64,000 bases of DNA, taken from an uncultured Gemmatimonadales bacterium (GTDB taxonomy: Bacteria > Gemmatimonadota > Gemmatimonadetes > Longimicrobiales > RSA9). Positions 47,370 through 58,381 of the stretch are shown one piece after another. Within the stretch, counting starts at the first letter, position 1. Each line of letters opens with the position of its first letter. Where the stretch lies: assembly GCA_963816355.1 (NCBI GenBank), contig CAWFKH010000003.1:1376001-1440000 (forward strand), given 5' to 3'. The position numbers and the translations under genes were made by a program. Below the pieces are notes generated by a model. The model was not told the origin of the DNA. It searched no databases and saw only the letters and a program-made list of their open reading frames with translations.

Positions 47370-48061
47370 CTCGTTCGCTCCCCGAAGAGGACCGTTCCCA
47401 GTCGCACCATCGTGCTCCCCTCCTCGATCGCGATCTCGAAATCGCCCGACATCCCCATCGACAGGTGCCGGGCCGCCAAGCCGGAGTGCACCCGCCCGCA
47501 GCGCTCGAAGATCCTGCGGGCGCCGGCGAACGTCCGACGAATCACGCCTTCATCCTCCGTCAGCGGCGCCATCGTCATGATCCCTTCCACCGCGATGCCG
47601 GGAAGGGAGACGATCTCAGCCACCGCGTCCGCGGCCTCCTCGCCGAAGCCGCCCTTGCTCTCCTCGCCGGACACGTTCACCTGCACGAGCGTCCGGATCG
47701 TCCTCTGCGCCCGCTCCGCCTCCCGCGAGATCTCGCGCGCCAGCCGCAGCGAATCGACCGAGTGCACCAGGTCGAAGAGCTCGATCGCCTGCCGCACCTT
47801 GTTCCGCTGGAGATGGCCGATCAGGTGCCACTCGACCGCGTCCCGACCCACCGCCGCCACCTTCTCCGCCAGTTCCTGCACGCGGTTCTCGCCGCAGATC
47901 GGCAGACCCGCCCCGATCGCCGCCCGCACGGCCGCCGCCGGGTGGCCTTTCGTCACCGAGACGATCTCCACGACGTCGCCGCGCCGACCCGCCCGCTCCA
48001 GAGCGCGCGCAATCCGCTCGCGCACCTCCGGCAGGCTCCGCTCCAGCCGCTCCGCATACAT
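47366..48061 (-). CDS. yggS: PLP homeostasis protein YggS
   Basis: [39 protein letters not shown]. Confidence 0.95.
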   Translation of the reverse strand: MYAERLERSLPEVRERIARALERAGRRGDVVEIVSVTKGHPAAAVRAAIGAGLPICGENRVQELAEKVAAVGRDAVEWHLIGHLQRNKVRQAIELFDLVHSVDSLRLAREISREAERAQRTIRTLVQVNVSGEESKGGFGEEAADAVAEIVSLPGIAVEGIMTMAPLTEDEGVIRRTFAGARRIFERCGRVHSGLAARHLSMGMSGDFEIAIEEGSTMVRLGTVLFGERTR

Positions 48062-48069
48062 GGCCGCCT

Positions 48070-48098
48070 ATCTTACCCGCCCGCGACGGGCGGATCAA
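48070..48098 (-). promoter_or_regulatory. Candidate sigma70 promoter of the yggS operon (near-leaderless)
   Basis: TTGATC-N17-TAAGAT ending 8 nt before the ATG. Confidence 0.55.
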
Positions 48099-48119
48099 CG
48101 CCGCGGGCAGCGGCTCGCG

Positions 48120-48157
48120 AAAAAAATGGAGGGGACCGGCTCGAGCCGGTCCCCTCC
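48120..48157 (-). terminator. Rho-independent terminator after tonB
   Basis: 13-bp stem ggaggggaccggc/gccggtcccctcc followed by 7 U on the minus strand. Confidence 0.9.
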
Positions 48158-48180
48158 GCGACGGCGGGCGTCCGATTCGG

Positions 48181-48870
48181 TCAGCGCGTCCGGAACACGA
48201 TCGGCAGCGTCACCCACACGGGGACCTTCTTGTCGCGGTTCAATGCGGGCGAGAAGCGCATGATGTCGGCGACCTGGATCGCCGCCTTGTCGAGCGCATC
48301 GTGGCCGCTCGACTGCTGCACCAGCGTCTTCTGCACGTGACCGTTGGCGTCGATGAAGAACCACACGTTCACCGTGCCACCGATCCCGGCGTCGCGCAGC
48401 AGCGGCGGGTAGAACTTCTCCAGCGCCGCGGACACCTCCGGTCGGTTCTTCAACTCCGGGCGCACCGTGAACGGCGTGAACGTCGGAGCCTTGGCCAGGT
48501 CCGCCTTGCCCGCGTTCGCCGACGGCGGCGGCGGCAGGTTCGAGACCGGATTGTTCTCGAACGTCGTCGGCGCGATCGTGATGTCATCCTTGATGTCCGC
48601 GTCCGCCGAAACGACCGGCGTGGCCGGCCGCTGAATCGCCTGCGGCGGCGGCGGAATCTTCACCTCAGGCGGCAGCTCGACGGACTTCAGCTCGTTGTTC
48701 GAGTACGAAACGTCCGCCGCCGTCATCTCGGGCCAGAAGGCGAAGAGCGCGAAGTGCACGACCACGGCGACGATCAGGCCGCCCCAGAACCAGTTTCCGA
48801 ACCCCCGCTTGAAGCGGTCGTTGGCCGTCTCGTGAGAGATGCGGCCGCCGTCGGAACGCTGTGCCGTCAT
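48181..48870 (-). CDS. Energy transducer TonB
   Basis: TM with His (VVVHFAL), Pro-rich linker, YPPLLRDAGIGG.V.V..LDKAA..FSPA. Confidence 0.9.
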   Translation of the reverse strand: MTAQRSDGGRISHETANDRFKRGFGNWFWGGLIVAVVVHFALFAFWPEMTAADVSYSNNELKSVELPPEVKIPPPPQAIQRPATPVVSADADIKDDITIAPTTFENNPVSNLPPPPSANAGKADLAKAPTFTPFTVRPELKNRPEVSAALEKFYPPLLRDAGIGGTVNVWFFIDANGHVQKTLVQQSSGHDALDKAAIQVADIMRFSPALNRDKKVPVWVTLPIVFRTR

Positions 48871-48872
48871 CG

Positions 48873-49316
48873 TCACCTCCTCTGTCGCTTGACGCGTTGC
48901 TCCAGGTTCGTAAAGAACATCAGCCGAACGGCGCCGGCCTTCTGGAGCTGCTCCTGTATCGAGTTCACGTAGTGATACGGGACATCCGAATCGGCGCGAA
49001 GCACGACGACCAAGTGCTGATTCTCTGCATATGCCGGGCCGACAATGTTAGACACCTGATCCGTCTGGATGTTCTGATCGTTGATGTAGATGCTGCCGTT
49101 CTTCTCGAGCCAGACGTTCAGCGTGTTCTTGCGCGGCTCGTCCAGTTTCTGCGTCGCCTCCGCTTGCGGGATTTCCAGCTTGCGCTGCTTCTCGCGTCGG
49201 AAGGTCGTGCTCACCATGAAGAAGATGAGCAGCAGGAACGCCATGTCCGCCAGCGACGAGGACGGGATCTCGCTGCTCGCCTTCGACTTCTTCTTGAGAC
49301 CGGCACCCGAGATCAT
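48873..49316 (-). CDS. ExbD/TolR-family protein
   Basis: SSLADMAFLLLIFF, LRAD..VPY. Confidence 0.92.
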   Translation of the reverse strand: MISGAGLKKKSKASSEIPSSSLADMAFLLLIFFMVSTTFRREKQRKLEIPQAEATQKLDEPRKNTLNVWLEKNGSIYINDQNIQTDQVSNIVGPAYAENQHLVVVLRADSDVPYHYVNSIQEQLQKAGAVRLMFFTNLEQRVKRQRR

Positions 49317-49319
49317 CGC

Positions 49320-49742
49320 TCACTGCTCCATCTGCTGGAGGGAGATCCGCACCGCGCCCGCCGACTGGAGCTGGTCGAGCACGTCGATCATCGTCTTGTA
49401 GGATGCATCCGGGTACGTCTTCACCGCCGCGATCAGCTCCGGATTGCGCGCCACTTCGAAGCGCCAGATCTCGCCGATGCCGTTCGGCTCCACGGTCTGG
49501 ATCTGCGGGCTCTCGCCCCGCTTCACCTCGACCACGCCGTCGTCGCGGATCACGATGTGGAGCACGTTCTTCTGCGAAACCTTCACCTCCTGCTGAGACT
49601 CCGGCAGGACGATGGAGAGCCCCTTCTGCTCGTCGAAGACGGTCGTCACGAGGAAGAAGATCAGCAGCAGGAACGCGATGTCCGCCATCGACGACGTCGG
49701 GATCTCCCCGGACGGACGCTCCTTCTTGCGAAACACGGCCAT
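49320..49742 (-). CDS. ExbD/TolR-family protein
   Basis: SSMADIAFLLLIFFLV. Confidence 0.92.
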   Translation of the reverse strand: MAVFRKKERPSGEIPTSSMADIAFLLLIFFLVTTVFDEQKGLSIVLPESQQEVKVSQKNVLHIVIRDDGVVEVKRGESPQIQTVEPNGIGEIWRFEVARNPELIAAVKTYPDASYKTMIDVLDQLQSAGAVRISLQQMEQ

Positions 49743-49755
49743 TGTCTCTCTCCTC

Positions 49756-50517
49756 CTAGACCTTCTCGAGACCGGGGCCGGGCTCGCCCGGCTCGGTGTC
49801 CTCGATCGAGGGAGCGATCGGCGCGGAGCCGCGGGGCCGCGGGGCGGCGCCTCCACCACCCGCCGCCCGCACGCGCGCTCCGCCACGCCTCGCCCAGACC
49901 AGGTTCAGCACCGCGCCGGTGCCCTCCTCCATGTCGACGATCAGCTTGTCGATCCGCGACACGAAGAAGTTGTAGGCGAGGTTCACCGGCACGGCGATGA
50001 GCAGGCCCGCCGCGGTGGTGATCAGGGCGATCTTGATGCCGCCGGCGACGAGCGACGCCTCCACCTGCCCCGCCTTCTCGATCGCGCCGAAGGCGTTGAT
50101 CATGCCCGCGACGGTGCCGAGGAAGCCGAGCAGCGGCGCCACGTTCGACACCGTCGCCAGCAACGTCAGCCCGCGCTCGAGGAAGCCGAGCTCGATGCTG
50201 CCGGTCGCCTTGACCGCGGACTCGATCTCCTCGCTCTCGAGCGTGGGATCGTCGAGCCGGCGCAGGCCGGCATCGAGGATCGCGGCGACGGGTCCGGGCG
50301 TGGACTCCGTGATCGCGATCGCCTCGTCGAGCCGCCCCTCGGCGCCCAGCTCGGCGACGCGGCCGAGGAGCTCGCGGGAGCGCCGGTGCGCCGTCCACAG
50401 CGTGAACGCCTTGGCGATGATCACGCCGAGGGCGAGCAGCGAGCAGAGGACGAGCGGGTACATCATGATCCCGCCATCCGCAAACAGCTGCAGCAGCCGG
50501 TACTGATTCCCTTGCAT
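49756..50517 (-). CDS. ExbB/TolQ/MotA proton channel protein
   Basis: APLLGFLGTVAGMI.AF, GGIKIALITTAAGL.IAVP. Confidence 0.95.
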   Translation of the reverse strand: MQGNQYRLLQLFADGGIMMYPLVLCSLLALGVIIAKAFTLWTAHRRSRELLGRVAELGAEGRLDEAIAITESTPGPVAAILDAGLRRLDDPTLESEEIESAVKATGSIELGFLERGLTLLATVSNVAPLLGFLGTVAGMINAFGAIEKAGQVEASLVAGGIKIALITTAAGLLIAVPVNLAYNFFVSRIDKLIVDMEEGTGAVLNLVWARRGGARVRAAGGGGAAPRPRGSAPIAPSIEDTEPGEPGPGLEKV

Positions 50518-50574
50518 TGACCCCTCGATCAGGAAGGAATCGAAAGATTGTCCAGGATACGAGGTATTCGGAAA

Positions 50575-50603
50575 ATCTTAGGTACTGCATCGGGGCGTGT
50601 CAA
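50575..50603 (-). promoter_or_regulatory. Sigma70 promoter of exbB-exbD-exbD-tonB
   Basis: TTGACA-N17-TAAGAT; the -35 box overlaps the cdaA stop codon. Confidence 0.7.
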
Positions 50604-51403
50604 CGCCACGCGGCAATCCAGCGCGGCTCGTCCCGCTCCGGCCGGACGGTGGCTCCGATGAGCGCCTGGCGGAGCCGCTCCGCGCTCACGTCGCGCTCGA
50701 TGCGGCCGCGCTCCGCGATCGAGATCTGCGCGGTCTCCTCGCTCACCACCAGCACGAGCGCGTCCGTCTCCTCCGAGAGGCCGATCGCGGCACGATGGCG
50801 GGTGCCGAGGCTCTTGTCCTCGATCGGCGACTGCGTCAGCGGCAGGATCACTCCTGCGGCGATGATCGTATCGGCCTCCACGACGACGGCGCCATCGTGG
50901 AGCGGGCCGTAGGGCGCGAAGATGCTGACGAGGATCTCCGCGGAGACGCGCGCCTGGATCGCGGTGCCGGTCTCGATGTACTCCTGGAGCCCCATCTCAC
51001 GCTCCACGACGATGATCGCGCCGATCTTCGCGCGCGACAGGCGCTCGGCGGCCTCGATCAGCTCCTCGACGACGGCGGTCTCCTCCATCTTGTTGAACCA
51101 GCGAAGCATGCGACTCTGGCCGAGGCGGGCGAGCGCGCTGCGCAGCTCCGGCTGAAAGACGATGAGGGCGGCGATCGCGCCGTACTGGAACGCCTTCTCG
51201 AGAAGGACGCGGATCAGGTCGAGGTTCGCCAGCCGCGCCACGAAGTAGACCGCGGCGAGCACGACGAAACCGAAGAGCATCTGGATCGCGCGCGTACGCG
51301 CGAGAATGCGCAGGACGTAGTAGAAACCGACCGCGACGAGCGCGATCTGTACAATGTCCTTGAAGCCGGGGACGAGGAACGAGTAGCGCTGCAGGTCGTT
51401 CAC
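50600..51403 (-). CDS. cdaA: Diadenylate cyclase CdaA
   Basis: 3 N-terminal TM; FQPELR, PLHDGA, GTRHRAA, VSEET. Confidence 0.95.
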   Translation of the reverse strand: MNDLQRYSFLVPGFKDIVQIALVAVGFYYVLRILARTRAIQMLFGFVVLAAVYFVARLANLDLIRVLLEKAFQYGAIAALIVFQPELRSALARLGQSRMLRWFNKMEETAVVEELIEAAERLSRAKIGAIIVVEREMGLQEYIETGTAIQARVSAEILVSIFAPYGPLHDGAVVVEADTIIAAGVILPLTQSPIEDKSLGTRHRAAIGLSEETDALVLVVSEETAQISIAERGRIERDVSAERLRQALIGATVRPERDEPRWIAAWR

Positions 51404-52313
51404 GGCGCCCTCATCGCCTCGGCGACGGTGAGCGCGCGGCGGGCGGCGCGCACGTCGTGCACGCGGAAGAGTCGCGCGCCGCGCAGGAGCGCGACCACGC
51501 AGGCGGCGAGCGTCGGCTCGAGGCGCTGCTCCGGGGGCAGCCCGCCGGCCAGCTCTCCGACGAACCGCTTGCGCGACGGCCCCACCATCACGGGGCGGCC
51601 GAGCGCGACGATGCGGTCGAGCCGCGCGAGCAGTGCGGCACTGTGCTCCGTCCGCTTGGCGAAGCCGAGGCCGGGATCGAGGACGATCGCGTCGTCGGCT
51701 ACGCCCGCGCGCCGCGCGCGCGAGAGCGCCGCGTCCAGCTCGAGCGCCACCTCCCCCACCGGATCCTCGCCGTACTCCGCGAGCGCGTAGCGCGCCATCG
51801 TCGCGACGTCGCCGCGCGAGTGCATCAGCACGAGCCCCGCGCCCGCCTCCGCCACCGCCTCGCCCAGCGCCGGGTCGAGCCGCAGTCCCGACACGTCGTT
51901 CACCGCGGCGGCCCCCTCCGCGAGCGCCGCGCGCGCGACGCCCGCCTTCACCGTGTCCACCGACACCGGCATCGCGGGCCAGCGGCGGGCGATCTCACGC
52001 AACGCCGGCACCACCCTGCCGAGTTCCTCCGCCTCGGAGACCGGAGCGGCGCCGGGCCGCGTCGATTCGCCGCCGAGGTCCAGCACGTCCGCGCCTTCCT
52101 CGACGAGCTGCGCGGCGCGCCGCACGGCCGCTTCGCGGTCGGCGGCGCGCGAGCCGGACCAGAACGAGTCGGGCGTCGCGTTGATGATCCCGACGACGAG
52201 CGGGCGCGCCAGGGAAAGCGCGCCCGCTGCGGTCCACCATTCCGGGCCGGCGGAGGTCGAGGCCGGCGGCGCGGCGCCGGCGGCGGCGTCCGCGACGGGG
52301 TCGGTCCCCGTCC

Positions 52314-52317
<4 letters not shown>
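51400..52317 (-). CDS. folP: Dihydropteroate synthase
   Basis: INATPDSF, DLGGESTRPG, NDVSG, DPGLGFAK, SRKRF, RVHDV. Confidence 0.95.
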
Positions 52318-54368
<2,051 letters not shown>

Positions 54369-54395
54369 TTTCGAACCCTTCAAGACCGTCTGCCC

Positions 54396-54950
54396 TCAGA
54401 GGCTCGCGATGAACGGGAGGTTGCGAAAGTCCTCGCTGTGGTCGAGCCCGTACCCGATGAGGAACTCCCGTGGTGCATCGAACCCCACCCAGCGCGGTTC
54501 GATCCCAATGTCTTCGGCGACGTGCTTGTGCAGGAGCGCGCACAGCTCGAGGCTCGCCGGGCCGCGAGCGCGCAGCAGCGGCACCAGCCGCCGCAACGTG
54601 TTCCCGCTGTCGATGATGTCCTCGACCAGCAGCACGTGCCGGCCGTCGAGCGACGCCTCGGTGTCGTAGAGGAGCCGTACCTCGCCGCTGCTCACCGTAC
54701 CGGAACCATAGCTGGAAGCGACAAGGAAGTCGACGTGGAGCGGCCGCTCGATCTGGCGCACCAGGTCGGCCAGGAAGATGAAGGACCCCTTCAGCAGGCC
54801 GAGCACGAGCAGCGGCTCGTCGGCCGGATAGGCGGCGCCAATGTCGCGGCCCATCGCCGCGACGCGGCCCGCGATGCGCTCCTCGTCGTAGACGATGCGC
54901 TTGAGCTGCTGGCCGCCCGTGCGGGCGAGGATCTGGGCGCTGTCAGGCAT
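54396..54950 (-). CDS. hpt: Hypoxanthine phosphoribosyltransferase
   Basis: LKGS..FLADL, SSYG, VEDIIDSGNTL, FLIGYGLD. Confidence 0.96.
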   Translation of the reverse strand: MPDSAQILARTGGQQLKRIVYDEERIAGRVAAMGRDIGAAYPADEPLLVLGLLKGSFIFLADLVRQIERPLHVDFLVASSYGSGTVSSGEVRLLYDTEASLDGRHVLLVEDIIDSGNTLRRLVPLLRARGPASLELCALLHKHVAEDIGIEPRWVGFDAPREFLIGYGLDHSEDFRNLPFIASL

Positions 54951-56340
54951 CGGTGATCGTCAGGTGTAGTGCGGGCTCGGCCGGCCCCGGTTCCGTGTCC
55001 CTTCGCTGCGCGATCCCTTCCACCCACAGGATGTCGCCGCCGCCGTCGGCGAGCACCGCCCGCCGCACGCGAGCGCGGCGACCGACGCGGCGCTCGACGA
55101 AGAGCTTCTTGAGCTTCTTTGTGCCACAAGGCAGAACGAGTCGGTCGCCCGCCCTCCACCCACGCAGCAGCAGAGGGAAGCGCACCGCCGCCGCGGCGAT
55201 CGCGACATCACCGCCGCACGGCCCGGCCGCGAGAGACCAGCGCACGTGCAGCGCGCGGTCGACCAGCCGGGCGGTCCCCTCTCCGGCGGGCCCGGCAATG
55301 CACAGCGTGCGGCCGCTCGGCGCCGGTTCGTCGGCGACGTCGGCTCGACGGATCCGGAGCCGGTCGAACTCGCGTTCGAGGACGCAGCCGCCGGCGACCC
55401 GCAGCATCGTGCCGCTGGAGGCCGAGTTGATAAACGCCATGGCGGCGCGGGTTCCCGAACGGCCGGGAACGCTGCCCAGGCGAAGGAGGGCGCGCCGGAC
55501 GAGCCGCGTTCGGACATGCGGATGATAGGAGAGCAGCAAGGGCCTCGCAAGCTCCAACGCGCCATCGCTTTGCGCGAGGACGAGCCCTTCCTCGAGGCGC
55601 CTCAGGAGCGCGTCCCACGCGGCTTGCGCCGCGCGCGCCTCCCGCCCGAGCGCGAGCACCTCCTCGTCGATCCGCGGCGCGAGGGCCCGCAGCCGCGGCA
55701 GGATGTCGTGGCGGATGCGGTTGCGCGCGAACCTCGTCTCCCCGTTCGACGGATCCTCGCGCCAGGCAAGGTGCCCGGCCCGCGCGTGCGCGACGATCTC
55801 GGCGCGCCGGAACGGAAGCAGCGGCCGCACCACGCCTCCGCGCCGCGCCGGGATCCCCCTCATGCCCCGCACGCCGGTCCCGCGCGCGAGGCGGAAGAGA
55901 ATCGTCTCCACCTGATCGTCCGCGTGGTGGGCGGTTGCGATGCGCGCCGCGCCCGCGCCGGCCGCCGCACGCCGCAGGAAGCGGTAGCGCACCTCGCGCG
56001 CCGCGGCCTCCGAGGCGGGCGGAGCCGCGGCCGCCGCGGAGACGAGGGGCACGCTCCACTCCGCGCACAGGGCGGCGACCCATCCGGCGTCGGCTGCGCT
56101 CCCGTCACGCATGCGGTGGTCGAAGTGCGCGGCGGCGAGACGAAGGCCGAACGTGGGCGCCGCATCGCGCAGCAGATGCAGCAGTGTCACCGAGTCGACG
56201 CCGCCGGAGAGCGCGACGAGGACGGTGTCGCCCGGCCGCAACAGCGCGGAACATCGAAGATGGGTCTGGAAACGACGCGACAGGCCGCGAGCTTCCTCCC
56301 CTCCCCCGACCGCCGGGGCACGCGCGGCGCGCGCGGCCAC
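54943..56340 (-). CDS. tilS: tRNA(Ile)-lysidine synthase
   Basis: SGGVDS PP-loop, HHADDQVET, RPLL, EDPSN, RNRIRH; start uncertain (GTG 56340 after GAGG). Confidence 0.93.
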   Translation of the reverse strand: MAARAARAPAVGGGEEARGLSRRFQTHLRCSALLRPGDTVLVALSGGVDSVTLLHLLRDAAPTFGLRLAAAHFDHRMRDGSAADAGWVAALCAEWSVPLVSAAAAAPPASEAAAREVRYRFLRRAAAGAGAARIATAHHADDQVETILFRLARGTGVRGMRGIPARRGGVVRPLLPFRRAEIVAHARAGHLAWREDPSNGETRFARNRIRHDILPRLRALAPRIDEEVLALGREARAAQAAWDALLRRLEEGLVLAQSDGALELARPLLLSYHPHVRTRLVRRALLRLGSVPGRSGTRAAMAFINSASSGTMLRVAGGCVLEREFDRLRIRRADVADEPAPSGRTLCIAGPAGEGTARLVDRALHVRWSLAAGPCGGDVAIAAAAVRFPLLLRGWRAGDRLVLPCGTKKLKKLFVERRVGRRARVRRAVLADGGGDILWVEGIAQRRDTEPGPAEPALHLTITDA

Positions 56341-56419
56341 GCGCCTCAAACGCGACGCGGCCGGCCCCGCGCCGGGGCCGGCCGCGTCCGCTTCCGGGCC
56401 GGTGCTGGAGCCGCCGCCA

Positions 56420-56749
56420 TCACTCCTGCCGGGCCTCCGGGGCCGAGCCGCCGCCCACCTCCGGGGCCGAGCCGCCGCCCACCTCGGGGACCGAGCTGCC
56501 GGCGACCGCGCCGCCCTCGGCCGGCACCGGCCGGCGTGGCGCGTGGTGCCGCCACTCGTACCACGGCACGTAGGGCGCGGCGGGATCGAGCGAGGCACGG
56601 TCGCCGATGCCGCGGCGCTCGCGCTCGGCGCGCAGCCGGTCCGCGGGAACGATCTCCCCGCGCTCGACTGCGTCCGCGTGCGCGCCCGGCGGTGTCCCGG
56701 CCGCCGGAATGCCCCAGCCCTCCTCGAAGGACGCGTCGTAGGTCGCCAT
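56420..56749 (-). CDS. Hypothetical 109-aa protein
   Basis: RBS GAGGTGG; co-oriented upstream of tilS; C-terminal PEVGGGSA repeats. Confidence 0.45.
   Translation of the reverse strand: MATYDASFEEGWGIPAAGTPPGAHADAVERGEIVPADRLRAERERRGIGDRASLDPAAPYVPWYEWRHHAPRRPVPAEGGAVAGSSVPEVGGGSAPEVGGGSAPEARQE
56434..56500. repeat. 24-bp tandem repeat, about 2.7 copies
   Basis: cctccggggccgagccgccgccca x2 plus a partial copy. Confidence 0.85.
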
Positions 56750-56838
56750 CTTCCACCTCGGCGAAAAAGGCCGCTTCGCGCGATCGGCTGACGTGGCAGG
56801 GGGGCGCGCGTGTAACGACAGGGGAAAAGTAGCAAGTT

Positions 56839-57669
56839 CTATTCCCCCGAGGAAGTCTCTCGCGCGGCGGCGCCGGGCGGCAGCGGCCGGCCGTCGCGCT
56901 CGTGGAGGACGGCGGCGAGACGGTCCGGTCGATCGGTGATGATGCCGTCGACGCCCCAATCGAGGAGCCGGTGCATCGCCGCTGCGTCGTTGACGGTCCA
57001 GATGGCGATCTGGGCGCCGTGACGGTGGAGCTCCCGCACGAAGCGGGGCGTGACGAGGCGGAGCGCGCCCGCCCGCTCCGGCACCTGGCACGCGTCGAAG
57101 CGGGGCCGCACCCAGCGGGCGAGGTGGAGCCTGTGGACGACGTAGAAAGCGCGCACCGCTTCCGTGGGCGCGCTACGCAGACCGGGATAGTCGCGCAGCT
57201 CGGAGAGGAAGGCCGCGTGCTCGCCGGCGGGCAGCACCCGATCGAATGCGTCGTGACGGCGGATCACATCGAGCAGCGGCCGCTGCGCCGCGGCCGTCTT
57301 CAACTCCACGATCAGCGGCGTGTCCGGGACGGCCTCGAGCACCTCGTCGAAGGTGGGCACGCGGACCCCGCGCCCGCGGTACGGGTGGTCGTCGCCGCCT
57401 TCCGGCGAGAAGCGGTGGCCGGCGTCGAGCTGGCGGAGGCGGGAGAGGGTGAAGCTGGCGACGTCGCCCGTACCATCCGTCGTGCGATCCACGCTCGGGT
57501 CGTGGATGACGACGCAGGCGCCGTCCGCGGTGACGCGAACGTCGAGCTCGATCGCGTCGGCCCGCCAGCGGTCGACGGCGGCGACGAACGCCTGCAGCGT
57601 GTTCTCCGGCGCGAGCCCCGCGCCGCCCCGGTGCGCGATCAGTTGCGGCGGCGGCGGGAGTCGGATCAC
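56839..57669 (-). CDS. Glycerophosphodiester phosphodiesterase
   Basis: IAHRGG, PENTL, ELDV, IHD..VDRTTDG, ELK, WTVND, GIITDRP. Confidence 0.93.
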   Translation of the reverse strand: MIRLPPPPQLIAHRGGAGLAPENTLQAFVAAVDRWRADAIELDVRVTADGACVVIHDPSVDRTTDGTGDVASFTLSRLRQLDAGHRFSPEGGDDHPYRGRGVRVPTFDEVLEAVPDTPLIVELKTAAAQRPLLDVIRRHDAFDRVLPAGEHAAFLSELRDYPGLRSAPTEAVRAFYVVHRLHLARWVRPRFDACQVPERAGALRLVTPRFVRELHRHGAQIAIWTVNDAAAMHRLLDWGVDGIITDRPDRLAAVLHERDGRPLPPGAAARETSSGE

Positions 57670-58175
57670 TCCTCGCCGCCGGAGGTGGAGAGCTCGAGGC
57701 GATCAATGCGCTGGACGGGGATCGAGTGGAGGCGATAGAGGACGAGGTCGAAGAGCCGCTCGGCGGCCTGCCGCTCGAAGACGTGCTCCGGCTCGGTGGC
57801 GTCATCGCGCTCGACGCGGCGCTCCGCGAGGAAGAGCAGGATGTCCTCGACGACCTGCGGCCGAGGCGTCGGCGGAGCGGGCGAGTCGGGGCGCACCTCG
57901 CTCAGGAGAAGGCCGTCGACGAGCGCGAGGAAGCCCGGAAAGGTGAGCTCCACGAGCTCGCTGCCGCCCTCGCGCTCCTCCGCGGTGAGCGCCTCCCACG
58001 CGAGCTCGTTCCAGAAGAGCTCCTCCGCCTCCTCGAGGAGGAAGCGGCGGCGGTCTTCCGGCACCTGCGCGGCGCGGGGCGGCGGCAGTGGACGACCGAG
58101 CAGCCGCTCGAGTCTCGCGCGCCTGCGGGCCACGTATTGCTCCGCTCGTCGCCTCAATGAGCCGCGCTCGATCAT
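57666..58175 (-). CDS. Hypothetical helical protein
   Basis: Protein-like composition; GTGA overlap with the GDPD gene; promoter upstream. Confidence 0.7.
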   Translation of the reverse strand: MIERGSLRRRAEQYVARRRARLERLLGRPLPPPRAAQVPEDRRRFLLEEAEELFWNELAWEALTAEEREGGSELVELTFPGFLALVDGLLLSEVRPDSPAPPTPRPQVVEDILLFLAERRVERDDATEPEHVFERQAAERLFDLVLYRLHSIPVQRIDRLELSTSGGEE

Positions 58176-58207
58176 GCCGGTCGGGGTGAAGGTGGCTTCG
58201 GGCGGGC

Positions 58208-58236
58208 AACATAGGCTGGCCGTGGCGGCGAGGCAA
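58208..58236 (-). promoter_or_regulatory. Candidate sigma70 promoter
   Basis: TTGCCT-N17-TATGTT. Confidence 0.45.
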
Positions 58237-58240
58237 ACGC

Positions 58241-58374
58241 GAGCGGGCGGGCAGCGCGAGTGGGCAGCGCGAGCGGGCGGAGCGGGCGGGCAGCGCGAGT
58301 GGGCAGCGCGAGCGGGCGGAGCGGGCGCTGCGGAGTGGGCGCTGCGGAGTGGGCGCTGCGGAGTGGGCGCTGCG
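58241..58374. repeat. Compound minisatellite: 39 bp x2 followed by 14 bp x4
   Basis: gagcgggcgggcagcgcgagtgggcagcgcgagcgggcg x2; gag(t/c)gggcgctgcg x4. Confidence 0.9.
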
Positions 58375-58381
58375 TCGCGCC

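Noticed and set aside
56812..56840. ECF-like promoter GAACTT..CGTTA upstream of the 56749 ORF
   Set aside because: Spacing is off by one from the usual AAC/CGT consensus, so too weak to call
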